Below are positions 9,160-19,356 of a DNA stretch of 64,000 nt, piece by piece. Source of the DNA: a virus; IMG/VR virus record IMGVR_UViG_3300037423_000584; one strand, given 5' to 3'. The position numbers were made by a program, and so were the translations under genes. Numbering within the stretch: position 1 is the first letter of the stretch; every line of letters starts with the position of its first letter. The notes beneath the pieces were generated by a model. That model ran no database searches. It worked only from the letters and a program-made list of their open reading frames with translations, and was not told where the DNA came from.

Positions 9160-11709
9160 TTAACTCCTGTAGCCTCTAGTAAATAAATTAATACCTTGTG
9201 CAATATTTCCAATCGTTGGCATATACATATAAACGCTGTCTAATACTGTTCCTAGAACACCATTGACAAACATGTCTACATTTGATACTGTTTGATCTGA
9301 TGTTTTTAAGTACATATCAATATTCGATTCTTCAAACATTCTTTTTTCAATATAAAGGTTCATGTATGAAGTATTTATATAAAATCCATCATTAGAACCA
9401 TCGCCCGAAATATATAGATCTGTATAACCATTAGCGAATATTGTATTGCCGTTATTGCTTCCTTGGATATATAAATCTATATTACCATTAGATTTAGATA
9501 CATCAGAATTAATGAATAAATTGAGATAATCATTTATATCTTCATGTCCAGATCCAGAAGCATTAAGATATAAATTTAAATAAGAGTTTGCTGGATCTCC
9601 TATTATTATTAATGGAACATTACCAAAACTATATTCTGATCCTTGAGAATGTCCTTCTATAAAATTAAATACTGAATCAGTAGCACTAATTAAGTTGCCA
9701 CCATGAATCATTAGATTTAGTGAACTATCTGATGTTGTTATACCATTAACGTAGTGATATACAGTATCAATAACTGCATAGTGACCAGATTCAACAAGAT
9801 TTACTTGATCACTGGTATAAGTATGTCCAGCTAAATAATGATCCAACTGAGTATTAGAAGGATGTGGTCCAGATATAAATAAGTCTACATGATTAAATTG
9901 TGGCGTTGGTCCAGATATATATAGATTAAGATTTTGATTTGCGATAGTTGCTGTTTTTATAAATAAATCAACATTGCTATACCATACTATAGAAACGTTA
10001 TCTACTATTGTTTCATCATTTGTAAATGATAGATCAAGACTATCATTAATAGATATATTTTTAACTTTGTTTACTTGAATTTCATCCTGTAGACCTATCG
10101 TGTCTTTTATGAATGGTCTATTAGGAAGAAAAATACTATCTGATAATGTAATAGTCGAATTTAATCCTGTTTTCGTTGCCTGAACACTATCTGATAGAGA
10201 TAACGTGCTATATATCCTTTTATAGTTTAATGGTAATTTTAATGAATTAAGACCTACGAAATTTAAAATAGCACTTTCACCAATGCTATAATAAAGGTAT
10301 AATTTATGTGCATTTACTACTTTTATTTGTATTCCTACTCGTCCGGCTTGCAATGCAATTTTTGCAGTATCGGTTGCATCTCCTGTTTGACTTAATTTAT
10401 TTATTAATAATTGTCCGTCAACATAAAATGCTATACCATTGTTGTGATATATGGTAAATTTATAAGTACCACTTTCTGGAACAATGAAATCCGCATAATA
10501 AGAAGCAGAATAATTATTGATATCTAGATCAACAAATCCATCATTGTTAGCATCTGGATAATTATATCCAAAGTCCGAATTATAAGAAAAAGGAGTTGTT
10601 GACAACAAAGTAAATGGTGTACCAGAAAACGAAGTTGTATGATTATAATAATCTTCTACAATACCTTCTCCATATGTATATACATAATCTATACCATCTC
10701 CTCCGTCATAGAGATATGCACCAAGACCAACTCCGTATCCATTATTTTGTCTAGCTTTTCCTTTTGCATCAATTCTGTTACTAGCTGGATAACTTGTACC
10801 AGCAAAAGTTGCTAAAAATAATGCATTTTCATCATTCCTTTTAATATTCCAATTACTTTCTGGGTCTACATATAAATTAGTAGGATAAATATAATCTGTT
10901 GAAACATATCTAACAGTATCTAGCAAATTTGTTTCTGAAATAATATTTGTAGATAAATTATTAATCGATATATTTTCTGTTATATTTGATTCTATTCTAT
11001 AAGATGGTATATTAGTAAATATGTTGTTAGCAGAAGTTCCGAATGCTTCATTCAAAGCAGCAAACGCTACATATTTTGTTGTAAAATTTCTTGAGTGTAT
11101 TGTGTTATTGGTAGACGAAAATCCAGATCCATGTATAAAATGGACTAAAGCTGGACTTGTATCGGTAGTGGAAATTAATTCTTCATAAACAGGTTGTTCT
11201 ACTGAATGTTTTGCATATATAATTGTGTTTGAAATACTTACAAATGCAGAACTATCTTCTTCTCCTGAATAAATAGCAGATCTTAAATTAATTCCTTCGC
11301 ATATAATTAGACAACCATCAACGAAAGCATTACTTGCATTTGTAGTAAGAACTATTGCATCGGTTGGTCCATCTGCAATAATTTTCATTCTTTTAATGGT
11401 TACATTTGGTATATCTATTCTAATCGCAGGAGCATCGTATATTGGATATGTAGTAGTTGAAACTTTGCTTATATATGCACTGTCTGTTCTAGAAGAACCT
11501 TCGTGCCAATTTTCATCTGCTCCATATATTTTTACGCTATTTGATCCACTAAAAACTGCATCTGTTATATCAACAGGACCAGCATCAAAACCAGAATAGA
11601 CCTCTGCCCACTGGTCGTTGCCGCCTTGGGTTTTGGCCCAATTCCACCAATCTTGTAGACTAGTAAAATCGCCACCTGATTTTTTAATGGTTTTAATAAC
11701 GGTAGCCAT
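9160..11709 (-). CDS. Tail fibre/spike-like protein: beta-helix + PA14-like domain + C-terminal repeats
   Basis: PA14-like segment YSASYYADFIVPESGTYKFTIYHNNGIAFYVDGQLLIN; about 18 xx(D/N)L(Y/F)IxG repeats at the C-terminus. Confidence 0.6.
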   Translation of the reverse strand: MATVIKTIKKSGGDFTSLQDWWNWAKTQGGNDQWAEVYSGFDAGPVDITDAVFSGSNSVKIYGADENWHEGSSRTDSAYISKVSTTTYPIYDAPAIRIDIPNVTIKRMKIIADGPTDAIVLTTNASNAFVDGCLIICEGINLRSAIYSGEEDSSAFVSISNTIIYAKHSVEQPVYEELISTTDTSPALVHFIHGSGFSSTNNTIHSRNFTTKYVAFAALNEAFGTSANNIFTNIPSYRIESNITENISINNLSTNIISETNLLDTVRYVSTDYIYPTNLYVDPESNWNIKRNDENALFLATFAGTSYPASNRIDAKGKARQNNGYGVGLGAYLYDGGDGIDYVYTYGEGIVEDYYNHTTSFSGTPFTLLSTTPFSYNSDFGYNYPDANNDGFVDLDINNYSASYYADFIVPESGTYKFTIYHNNGIAFYVDGQLLINKLSQTGDATDTAKIALQAGRVGIQIKVVNAHKLYLYYSIGESAILNFVGLNSLKLPLNYKRIYSTLSLSDSVQATKTGLNSTITLSDSIFLPNRPFIKDTIGLQDEIQVNKVKNISINDSLDLSFTNDETIVDNVSIVWYSNVDLFIKTATIANQNLNLYISGPTPQFNHVDLFISGPHPSNTQLDHYLAGHTYTSDQVNLVESGHYAVIDTVYHYVNGITTSDSSLNLMIHGGNLISATDSVFNFIEGHSQGSEYSFGNVPLIIIGDPANSYLNLYLNASGSGHEDINDYLNLFINSDVSKSNGNIDLYIQGSNNGNTIFANGYTDLYISGDGSNDGFYINTSYMNLYIEKRMFEESNIDMYLKTSDQTVSNVDMFVNGVLGTVLDSVYMYMPTIGNIAQGINLFTRGYRS

Positions 11710-11720
11710 ATATTATTTAT

Positions 11721-12209
11721 TTAAGCAAAAACAGTATAGATGATCTTAATTTGATCGCCAGAAGTTACAGTGATAGAAGAATCGAATGTAGCTGTTGACC
11801 AAAGAGTTCCACTGGTTCCTGATTTTGCAGAATCGCTATTTACAAAAATACCAGTGATACTTCCTGTGGTATTTATATTGAATGTAGCAGGAGTGGTATT
11901 TTTCGTAGATTGACTTATAGCATTATCAGAAACCCACTGACGTCTTGTAGTGTCACTATAACCTGTAAATTCTATCCATCCAGAGTGAGACGATATGGTA
12001 TCATTAGAAGCAAGAGCAGAATAACTTGATGTATCTATAAGTCCAATATACCAAGCAGTTATCTGTGTACCTGAATTAAACATTACATCAAGAATCTTGT
12101 TCTTTCCTGCGTTTGTGATACCATTATTAAAATCGATAGTATTTATAACTTCATTATTTCTAATGTGTTGTAACTGAAATTTTCCTTTTAATCCGATTGA
12201 TTCTTTCAT
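11721..12209 (-). CDS. Minor tail / fibre-anchoring virion protein
   Basis: NGITNAGKNKILD...WYIGL...GTLWS...VTSGDQIKIIYTV pattern common in phage tail proteins. Confidence 0.55.
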   Translation of the reverse strand: MKESIGLKGKFQLQHIRNNEVINTIDFNNGITNAGKNKILDVMFNSGTQITAWYIGLIDTSSYSALASNDTISSHSGWIEFTGYSDTTRRQWVSDNAISQSTKNTTPATFNINTTGSITGIFVNSDSAKSGTSGTLWSTATFDSSITVTSGDQIKIIYTVFA

Positions 12210-12222
12210 AAATTAATCTCCA

Positions 12223-15200
12223 TTATTTATTATTTTGTCTAAGTTCCCTAGATACTAATACAAGTTTTTCCTTTAATGATCTTTCTTCTGGTGTTGAACC
12301 AAGTTGTTTTGATAAGGAATCTATTACAGCAGATACAGTTGCTTTTACAGCTATATCTCTTGAACTATTTTCAAATCCTGTAACATTTAAGTCACCAGAT
12401 ACTTCTACCTTAGAATGAGATCCAGATTTATTCTGTATAGCATTTATAAATCTCTTTAGATCGGAAGACAGTTCTTCCATTGCACTAAATTTTGCAGCAA
12501 AGTCTAAAGGAGATGATCCTTTGTACTTATCAATGTCCTTTGTTAGACTTTCTCTGCTAAATTGGATCAAGTTGTCATCTGCTGATCCTCTTCCCTTGAT
12601 TTCAACAGGTGTTGAACTCGAAATTGCATTTGCTGGCGTAGCAGCAGGCTGAGCAACAGGAGAAGATGGAGGAGGAGCAAATGGATTAGTATATGCTGGC
12701 AATTGGAACTTAGTTCTAATTGCATCATTAATAGATTTTAATACATCTAACTGTTGTGTTTCTATAGATGCAGTTTCATTATAAGCAGAAAGCTGTTCCT
12801 TAACTTTGTCAAGAAGATCGCCAGAAGTATCTTGTCCAAGAGGACCGTTTCCTAATCCCTTCAAGAAAGATACGATTCCAGTGGCTTCTGATACTGTAGT
12901 TCTTCCTGCTGCACCGGGCAGTTTAACGCCACCAAATACGCTATTTGCCGTTTGTGCATCTTGTAAGAATGCATCTGGTAGAATAGATAGTCTATTTACA
13001 ACACCTTTGAATTGATCTTTAGATATCTTGCCAGAAACAACATCTTTTAGAATCTGTTGTGGATTTCTCTCGCCAGCTAATAATCCTCCACTGCTGAAAA
13101 GATCGCCAACTGTCGAATTAATTCTGCCAAGACTTACATCTGCTTGTGCTCTTTGTCCAACTGCTGTAGAACCAATTCTTTGATTAGCCTCTATTGAACT
13201 TGAAATACTCTTAGTGAGTTCTTCAAATTTAGCATTTAGAGCTTGCATTCTTAAGTTAGCTCTATCGACGCTATCTTTGTAGTCATCTTGAGCCTTCTTA
13301 AGATTAAGCATTCCGTCTGCTGCTTGCTTAGAAGAAGGAATAAATCCATCTCCACCAGTTAGACCAGCAGGATTAGCTAAAACCGTTTGACCAAATAGAT
13401 TGTTCCCAGATGATCCAAGGGTATTAGATGTACCTCTAATGATATCGTTTAAGCTAGCAACGATATCTTCTGAACTTGCACCAATAGAAGCAGACTGTCT
13501 TGCTCTATTGATTTTTGTATTAACAAAGGCTGTCTCGTATTGAACATCTCTGTCTTTTACGATGCGTTCTCTTTGATATCCTAAGAAGCTCTTCTTGATT
13601 TCTTCATTTAGTTGAGAAATAGCAGCCTTAAATCTATTAAGTTGTTCTGTTGGAAGATTCTTAATAAATTGAGCAATAAACGCAGAAGGATCGTTCTTAA
13701 ATCCTTGAACGTTTTGCTGTGCTGCTTTTGTAACACTATTAATGATTTCTGTTAATTGATTTTGACCTTCTTGTGTTCTAATATTTCCAGAAATACCAGA
13801 ATTCTTAAAGATATCGCTTATACCTTTAGATAATAAAGAACCAACATTGGTCTGATCTTGTTCTTGAACAACTCGACCAGCCAATTTTTGTAGTGAATCT
13901 ACAGATACATTTTCTAATCCTTTTTGAATTACTGCAATATCTCCGAATACATCTTTTTCGTTTCTAGAAAGAAATCCTCCTGCACTTTCGTTAATTCCAG
14001 AATCTATTGACTGTCTAGTATTTGGAGATGAAAGATTTAATTTTCCAAGTTTATTCTGGAAATTATTAAATGAAAAATCAGCAAATTGATCAGGAACTAA
14101 GAATAGACCGTTTCCTTGACCACTTAATGAAGTAGCAAATTGTTCTGATAATTGATTATCAATTCCTTTGCCTAATGCATTATTAGATATTTCTCTTGTT
14201 CGCTTATTAAAATTATAAGCAAATACTTCTACGCTGGCATTAGTTTGCAAGAATGCTTTTCTTGTCTCATCTATTACTTTAGCAATCTCAATAAAACTAT
14301 CTTTAACTGGATCTAAAACAACAGAGATAAACTCTTGTGCATTTTTGTCTGATCCACCTAGTTCCTTTTTGATTTTATCTTGTACTTGATCTGTAGAAAA
14401 ACCTTGAGCACCAAGCTGTCTAGCTCTATCAAATGCAAAATCTTTAATTTTTGCTGCGGCTGCTTGGCCTTCTGGTGTAGAAAGATCTTTTGCAAATTTA
14501 TCTCTTAATGCTTTTCTTGCATCTTCTTGCATTTCCTTTTGTGCTGCATCTGCAAATTTAGGATCAAAAGTACCTTGTCCTGCTCCAAGACCAGCAGCGG
14601 CACCATAAGAAAGTGTTCCAGAGCCAACTTTAGAAACTCTATCTTTTACTATATCCGATAACAACTGTCTTTGTTGACTTTGATTTTTACTAACAGAATA
14701 TCCAAGTAATAATTGTCCAACTCTGTCTGAATTTGCTTGACTATTTCCATTAATTAATCCACCTACTCCTCCGATAACTCCACCAGCAATTCCTCCAGCT
14801 AAAGTTCCAACTCCTGGAATTATAGATCCAGCAACTCCACCAGTTAATGCACCAGATGAAAATCCGGTCAATAATGAAGAAATAAGAGTATTTTTCTTAT
14901 TATTGCTAAGTATATTATTATAATTAGACTTTAATCCTTGACCATCTGATATTGATTGAACATTAGAAGCAAAAGAATTGCCAAGAATATCAATACCAGA
15001 AAGTGCAGCGGTTCCTAATAAGGATAATCCTATTGTTTTAGCAGTTGGATTACTGATTAGATTTCTGCCCTTTGTGGCTATATTTTCAATTCCACTAGAT
15101 AGTCTACCTCTTAAGCTATTGGCATTTGCTTGTTGTATTTGTTTTTGTTTAATAGAAAGTTCTTGTGCATCTAGTGCAGTGATTTCTCTTACGAAGAATT

Positions 15201-18200
15201 CTTTTTGCTTATTAAGCTTATCTATAGTGTCATTTGTTCTATCGATAGCTTTCTTTAGCTTCTTTTCAGCAAGGGAAACCTCTGCTTGTGTTGCATTTCT
15301 GTTTTCCAGCAACGCATTATAACGCTTTTGTGCAGCTTCTTGTGCTGCTATTGCCCTCTCTCTTCTTTTTGCTCCAACTGCTTCTGCTTTAGCATTTGCA
15401 GCTTGTAGTTCTTCTTTGGAAGCACTTCCTACAAGTTGATTCAAAGTAAGATCTTTGTTCTGTAAATTAACAGGATTCTCTGATTTAGCTTGTAGTACGG
15501 CTGCGGCACGAAGTTCTTGATCTGTAGAAAGCTTTGTAAGAAGCTTAGGAATTGGAATATTAGTTTTTTCATGATGAGATAATACCTTTTCTATTGTTTC
15601 ATCAGAAGCAACTTGTTGTAGATATTTCTCTTCAATTCTGTTATTTCCGGAACCAGCTTTTACACGATTAAAAATAAGATCAGCATCGCTTGCAACTTTT
15701 GAAGCAACTGTGCTATCTTTTGCACGCTGAATGAGATCTGGATTTTTTCTTAATGTTTGTTCAAATATTTTTTGATCAAAAACAGAAGAATTAATACCAG
15801 GAACTGGTCCTCCAAATAATTGAGTTATTGGATTACCGGGATGGAATTTGCCATTGCCGAAAAATTCAATAGGAGATCTGCCCAATTCCGGAGAAGTAGT
15901 AAATGGGAATTCTTGTCTGTGTTCTTTAGTATATCCGGGTCCGTATTTTCTAGTTAATACTAATTTACCATTTTCTAAGAATATAGAAGGTTGTGCTTCT
16001 TTGTTTAATGAAGCATGCATTCCTGCTTCTGTAGCAACAGAAGGATCTACGAACACTGTTTGAGAAGATAATGGTTTAAGACCAACATCCTTTGGATCAT
16101 GGCCCGGATGCAATGTCTTATTTCGTTGAGTTTTTCCATCTGCAAAAGTATAAGTAGAACCTTTTGCCGTTTGGAATCCAGTTACACTTCCTATTGGTGA
16201 CTTTATTACTCTTCCTAGTATATCATCATTTATTGTACTAAACTGAGTAGATTTTTGATATATTGCATTTTTCTTAATTTCATCTTCTAGTAATTGTTCA
16301 TTAATTACAGATTGTAATCCTCTTTCAAGATACTGTCTTTGATATATTCTATCTCTAGAATCCTTATCAATCAAAGAAACATTGGTATCTATTTTTTTGC
16401 CTCTTAGACTTTTTATTAATGGTGTTCCAGTATATGTAAGTGCCCCAGAACTAACAGTAGATTGTACTAGATCTTCTGTTAAGGATTTTCTTTTTATTCC
16501 AAGTGGAATTACTGGACCATCAGAGGTGGTATCGCTTGGACCACCGGGTTTTCCGAATACATTCTTAAGATTGCTTGCACCTCTTAGGAAATCTGGTATG
16601 CTGCCAAGAATACTTATTCCAAGTTTGATAGAAGCAAGTCTGACGAGCGTAGGAACAAGTGGAGCAATAGCATTTAAAGCATCGGCAGAATATTTTGCTA
16701 GTTCTGCAAATTCATGAACAAGTTGCTGAATACCTTGATTTTCTGAGAAGTGCTTAAATACTTCTTCGAATTTAGCACCAACAGAACTTATCTCAGCATC
16801 AATTCTCTTGATACCAATAACAGCATCTCTGCTTAGATCACCAGCAGATTGATTGATATCGCCAAGTGCCTTTGCGAATTCGCTTCCACCTTCTGCACCT
16901 TTTGCGATGTCTTTAAAGAATGGAGCAAGAACTCTGCCTTGTCCAATACCAGCAATCTTATTTACAACTTGATTTATACCTTCGTCATCAAGACCTTTTT
17001 CTTTTATAGCTTTACCGATTTCAAGGAATCTTTGAGCAATACCCTTTAAGCTTCCATCGGCGTTTCTAATTTTACCATTAGTAAATTGTTGCTCGAAATC
17101 AATAACTGCCTGATCATATGCTTTTAATGATGCGATACTGAATGCAGTACCAACAGTAGCAATTGGTGATTGAGATACTTTCTTTGCAGAAGCTATTGCA
17201 GCAACATATTCGTCAATTTGTCCTTTAGCAGACGCGAATGCACCACCACCGTTCTTGATAGCAGTAAAGATATCTCCAACGTCCAGAGAATACTTTTTGC
17301 TTACTTTACTGATTTTATCAAGAACAGATTCAGTTTCTTCGCCACTAAGATTAAATTGGTTAATTGCAGCAACGACACCTTCGGTAGTATCTCTTACTTC
17401 TCCGAATACGGCAGAAACTTTTGTTTTAGCAATTGCGTTTACTGCTCTTACAAGAGTTCCTTCGCTGCCAAACTTCTCGCCAGATTGGCTAAAGATTCTA
17501 GCTACGTTGATTAGTTCTTTGCCGCTTTGACCATAGGTCTGAGCAACCTTAAGTACCTTTTCGGATACTTCCGATGCTTTGTCAGCATTGCCATCAAAAA
17601 GCTGAGTTAATTTATTAATTTCAGCGTTTAGAGCAATAGCAGAGTCTTTGGCAGCAATAAGTGCGGCGGATAGCTTAAAAACTATTCCTGCTGGGATTAG
17701 ATAGGCAGTAAGTCTTGTGGTTGTACGACCAACTTGTTCAGCAAAGCTTGCTTGATCTTCTGTTGCTCTACGAGTAGATTTACTAAGTTCGTCAGTGCCT
17801 TTTACTGTTTGCTGTAATGCCTTTTGAGCATTATTTAATTGCTGCTGAAGACCGTTAGCACCTTGTCCAACTGCACCAGCATTTTGACCAGTAGTAAAGT
17901 TAACCTTTACGCTTACTGGATTTCTTTCAAAGTAACTATTAACCTTGGTACGGAAGATAGACGCCTGAGAAGGATCAAACTCAATCTTAATTGGTCTAGC
18001 AGTATTTAAGAGTTTATTAACTCTATCTATACTTTCTTTATTAAATTCAAGATTGAATTTTCCAAGGTTATTTTGGATTTGGTTTTTGACAGACGAAATG
18101 CTCTTTGATGAAATAGACATGTCCAAGTCTGATAACTTGGACTGTATTGCTTTTCTCATTCCTTCTAAACTTGAAGGATCTATGCCAGCACTTACTATAA

Positions 18201-18210
18201 TATCTGCCAT
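12223..18210 (-). CDS. Tail tape measure protein
   Basis: 1995 aa, helical and A/Q/K/S-rich; TP901-like core (VAQTYGQSGKELINVARIFSQSG...LDKISKVSKKYSLDVGDI); Gly-rich hydrophobic segment; follows chaperone genes. Confidence 0.9.
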   Translation of the reverse strand: MADIIVSAGIDPSSLEGMRKAIQSKLSDLDMSISSKSISSVKNQIQNNLGKFNLEFNKESIDRVNKLLNTARPIKIEFDPSQASIFRTKVNSYFERNPVSVKVNFTTGQNAGAVGQGANGLQQQLNNAQKALQQTVKGTDELSKSTRRATEDQASFAEQVGRTTTRLTAYLIPAGIVFKLSAALIAAKDSAIALNAEINKLTQLFDGNADKASEVSEKVLKVAQTYGQSGKELINVARIFSQSGEKFGSEGTLVRAVNAIAKTKVSAVFGEVRDTTEGVVAAINQFNLSGEETESVLDKISKVSKKYSLDVGDIFTAIKNGGGAFASAKGQIDEYVAAIASAKKVSQSPIATVGTAFSIASLKAYDQAVIDFEQQFTNGKIRNADGSLKGIAQRFLEIGKAIKEKGLDDEGINQVVNKIAGIGQGRVLAPFFKDIAKGAEGGSEFAKALGDINQSAGDLSRDAVIGIKRIDAEISSVGAKFEEVFKHFSENQGIQQLVHEFAELAKYSADALNAIAPLVPTLVRLASIKLGISILGSIPDFLRGASNLKNVFGKPGGPSDTTSDGPVIPLGIKRKSLTEDLVQSTVSSGALTYTGTPLIKSLRGKKIDTNVSLIDKDSRDRIYQRQYLERGLQSVINEQLLEDEIKKNAIYQKSTQFSTINDDILGRVIKSPIGSVTGFQTAKGSTYTFADGKTQRNKTLHPGHDPKDVGLKPLSSQTVFVDPSVATEAGMHASLNKEAQPSIFLENGKLVLTRKYGPGYTKEHRQEFPFTTSPELGRSPIEFFGNGKFHPGNPITQLFGGPVPGINSSVFDQKIFEQTLRKNPDLIQRAKDSTVASKVASDADLIFNRVKAGSGNNRIEEKYLQQVASDETIEKVLSHHEKTNIPIPKLLTKLSTDQELRAAAVLQAKSENPVNLQNKDLTLNQLVGSASKEELQAANAKAEAVGAKRRERAIAAQEAAQKRYNALLENRNATQAEVSLAEKKLKKAIDRTNDTIDKLNKQKEFFVREITALDAQELSIKQKQIQQANANSLRGRLSSGIENIATKGRNLISNPTAKTIGLSLLGTAALSGIDILGNSFASNVQSISDGQGLKSNYNNILSNNKKNTLISSLLTGFSSGALTGGVAGSIIPGVGTLAGGIAGGVIGGVGGLINGNSQANSDRVGQLLLGYSVSKNQSQQRQLLSDIVKDRVSKVGSGTLSYGAAAGLGAGQGTFDPKFADAAQKEMQEDARKALRDKFAKDLSTPEGQAAAAKIKDFAFDRARQLGAQGFSTDQVQDKIKKELGGSDKNAQEFISVVLDPVKDSFIEIAKVIDETRKAFLQTNASVEVFAYNFNKRTREISNNALGKGIDNQLSEQFATSLSGQGNGLFLVPDQFADFSFNNFQNKLGKLNLSSPNTRQSIDSGINESAGGFLSRNEKDVFGDIAVIQKGLENVSVDSLQKLAGRVVQEQDQTNVGSLLSKGISDIFKNSGISGNIRTQEGQNQLTEIINSVTKAAQQNVQGFKNDPSAFIAQFIKNLPTEQLNRFKAAISQLNEEIKKSFLGYQRERIVKDRDVQYETAFVNTKINRARQSASIGASSEDIVASLNDIIRGTSNTLGSSGNNLFGQTVLANPAGLTGGDGFIPSSKQAADGMLNLKKAQDDYKDSVDRANLRMQALNAKFEELTKSISSSIEANQRIGSTAVGQRAQADVSLGRINSTVGDLFSSGGLLAGERNPQQILKDVVSGKISKDQFKGVVNRLSILPDAFLQDAQTANSVFGGVKLPGAAGRTTVSEATGIVSFLKGLGNGPLGQDTSGDLLDKVKEQLSAYNETASIETQQLDVLKSINDAIRTKFQLPAYTNPFAPPPSSPVAQPAATPANAISSSTPVEIKGRGSADDNLIQFSRESLTKDIDKYKGSSPLDFAAKFSAMEELSSDLKRFINAIQNKSGSHSKVEVSGDLNVTGFENSSRDIAVKATVSAVIDSLSKQLGSTPEERSLKEKLVLVSRELRQNNK

Positions 18211-18234
18211 GTCTATCTTCCGTTATAAAGGTTA

Positions 18235-19032
18235 TTACTTCGGTTCTTCAACTACAACAGGAGTACCATCTTCGTCTAAAAATGGCTGTTCCTCTGAAAT
18301 CTCGCCTTGAAGAGTATTGATTTGCTTTGCAACCTCTTCCTCTAGCATCTTGACAGTCTTACCTTCTCTGTCAACCTTTTCACCAGTCTTGCGATCAATA
18401 TAGTTTAGATCATCATCAATGAAGTTATACTTCTTAAGCCAGCGATTTTCTGGTAGACGCTTTTCGAATTCTGTATTGACTCCATAGATTACTTCGGCAG
18501 AAGCAACACCGGCCTTGCGATAAACATCGCTTAGTTTATCAGCCTTCATGTCATCGAACGATTCCCAATAGTTTACTCCTGTTTCAGAATATACAGTACA
18601 AGCATAAACTATATAATCATTACGTTCACGTTCTGCTAAAGATTCGATAGTGGAATCATCGAAAATCTGACGCTTGCTCATTATCTTAACCATTTCTTTA
18701 CGCTTATCAGTTACTTCAATAGCAAGCTTACGACCTTCACTAAGTTTAATTCCGCCCTTCTTCATTTTGCCCAGAAGAACTTCGATATCCTCTTGAATCT
18801 GAGAGAGTTCTTGTTCTTCCTTTTCTGTCCAGACTCCTGTTTCCTTTAGAAACTTGTCTAGCTCAGAACGAAGAAGAAGACCCTTCTTGCCTCCGCTTTC
18901 TCTAATAAGGGATGCTACTTTTGAAGCATAAATCTTATCGGATTGCTCAAGATCGTCATAGGTTGGGCGACGAACCGATAGTGTAATTTCCTTGCCATCC
19001 TTATCGAAACTAGTAAAATCCTTGCGATTCAT
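18235..19032 (-). CDS. Putative tail assembly chaperone
   Basis: 265 aa, charged; immediately upstream of the tape measure gene. Confidence 0.45.
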   Translation of the reverse strand: MNRKDFTSFDKDGKEITLSVRRPTYDDLEQSDKIYASKVASLIRESGGKKGLLLRSELDKFLKETGVWTEKEEQELSQIQEDIEVLLGKMKKGGIKLSEGRKLAIEVTDKRKEMVKIMSKRQIFDDSTIESLAERERNDYIVYACTVYSETGVNYWESFDDMKADKLSDVYRKAGVASAEVIYGVNTEFEKRLPENRWLKKYNFIDDDLNYIDRKTGEKVDREGKTVKMLEEEVAKQINTLQGEISEEQPFLDEDGTPVVVEEPK

Positions 19033-19034
19033 TA

Positions 19035-19355
19035 TTATTCTCCTTTGTAATTCCTCTTGACTAAAATTGTCTGATGTCTATTCCAAACTACTTCGTGAAG
19101 GTCCAATTCGCTCATGCAATTACGTTTTTGTTGATTTCCAGTATTTAGGATATTATTGCGACATTCTTTCCATTTAGATCGGAAATCTTTTTGTTGGTCT
19201 GTTAATTCTGATTCTGGTCTGTTATATCCCCACAATTCTCCGAAAGCCATTTCAAACTGACTAAGCGGATAAATCATAGTGGTATCAAATTTCTTGCTTA
19301 CAATCTTCTTAAGTCTATCTCTAAACTTATCCTTCGTCTCTTGACTGTATTCCAT
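19035..19355 (-). CDS. Hypothetical protein
   Basis: 106 aa ORF coupled in the tail operon. Confidence 0.6.
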   Translation of the reverse strand: MEYSQETKDKFRDRLKKIVSKKFDTTMIYPLSQFEMAFGELWGYNRPESELTDQQKDFRSKWKECRNNILNTGNQQKRNCMSELDLHEVVWNRHQTILVKRNYKGE

Positions 19356-19356
19356 T

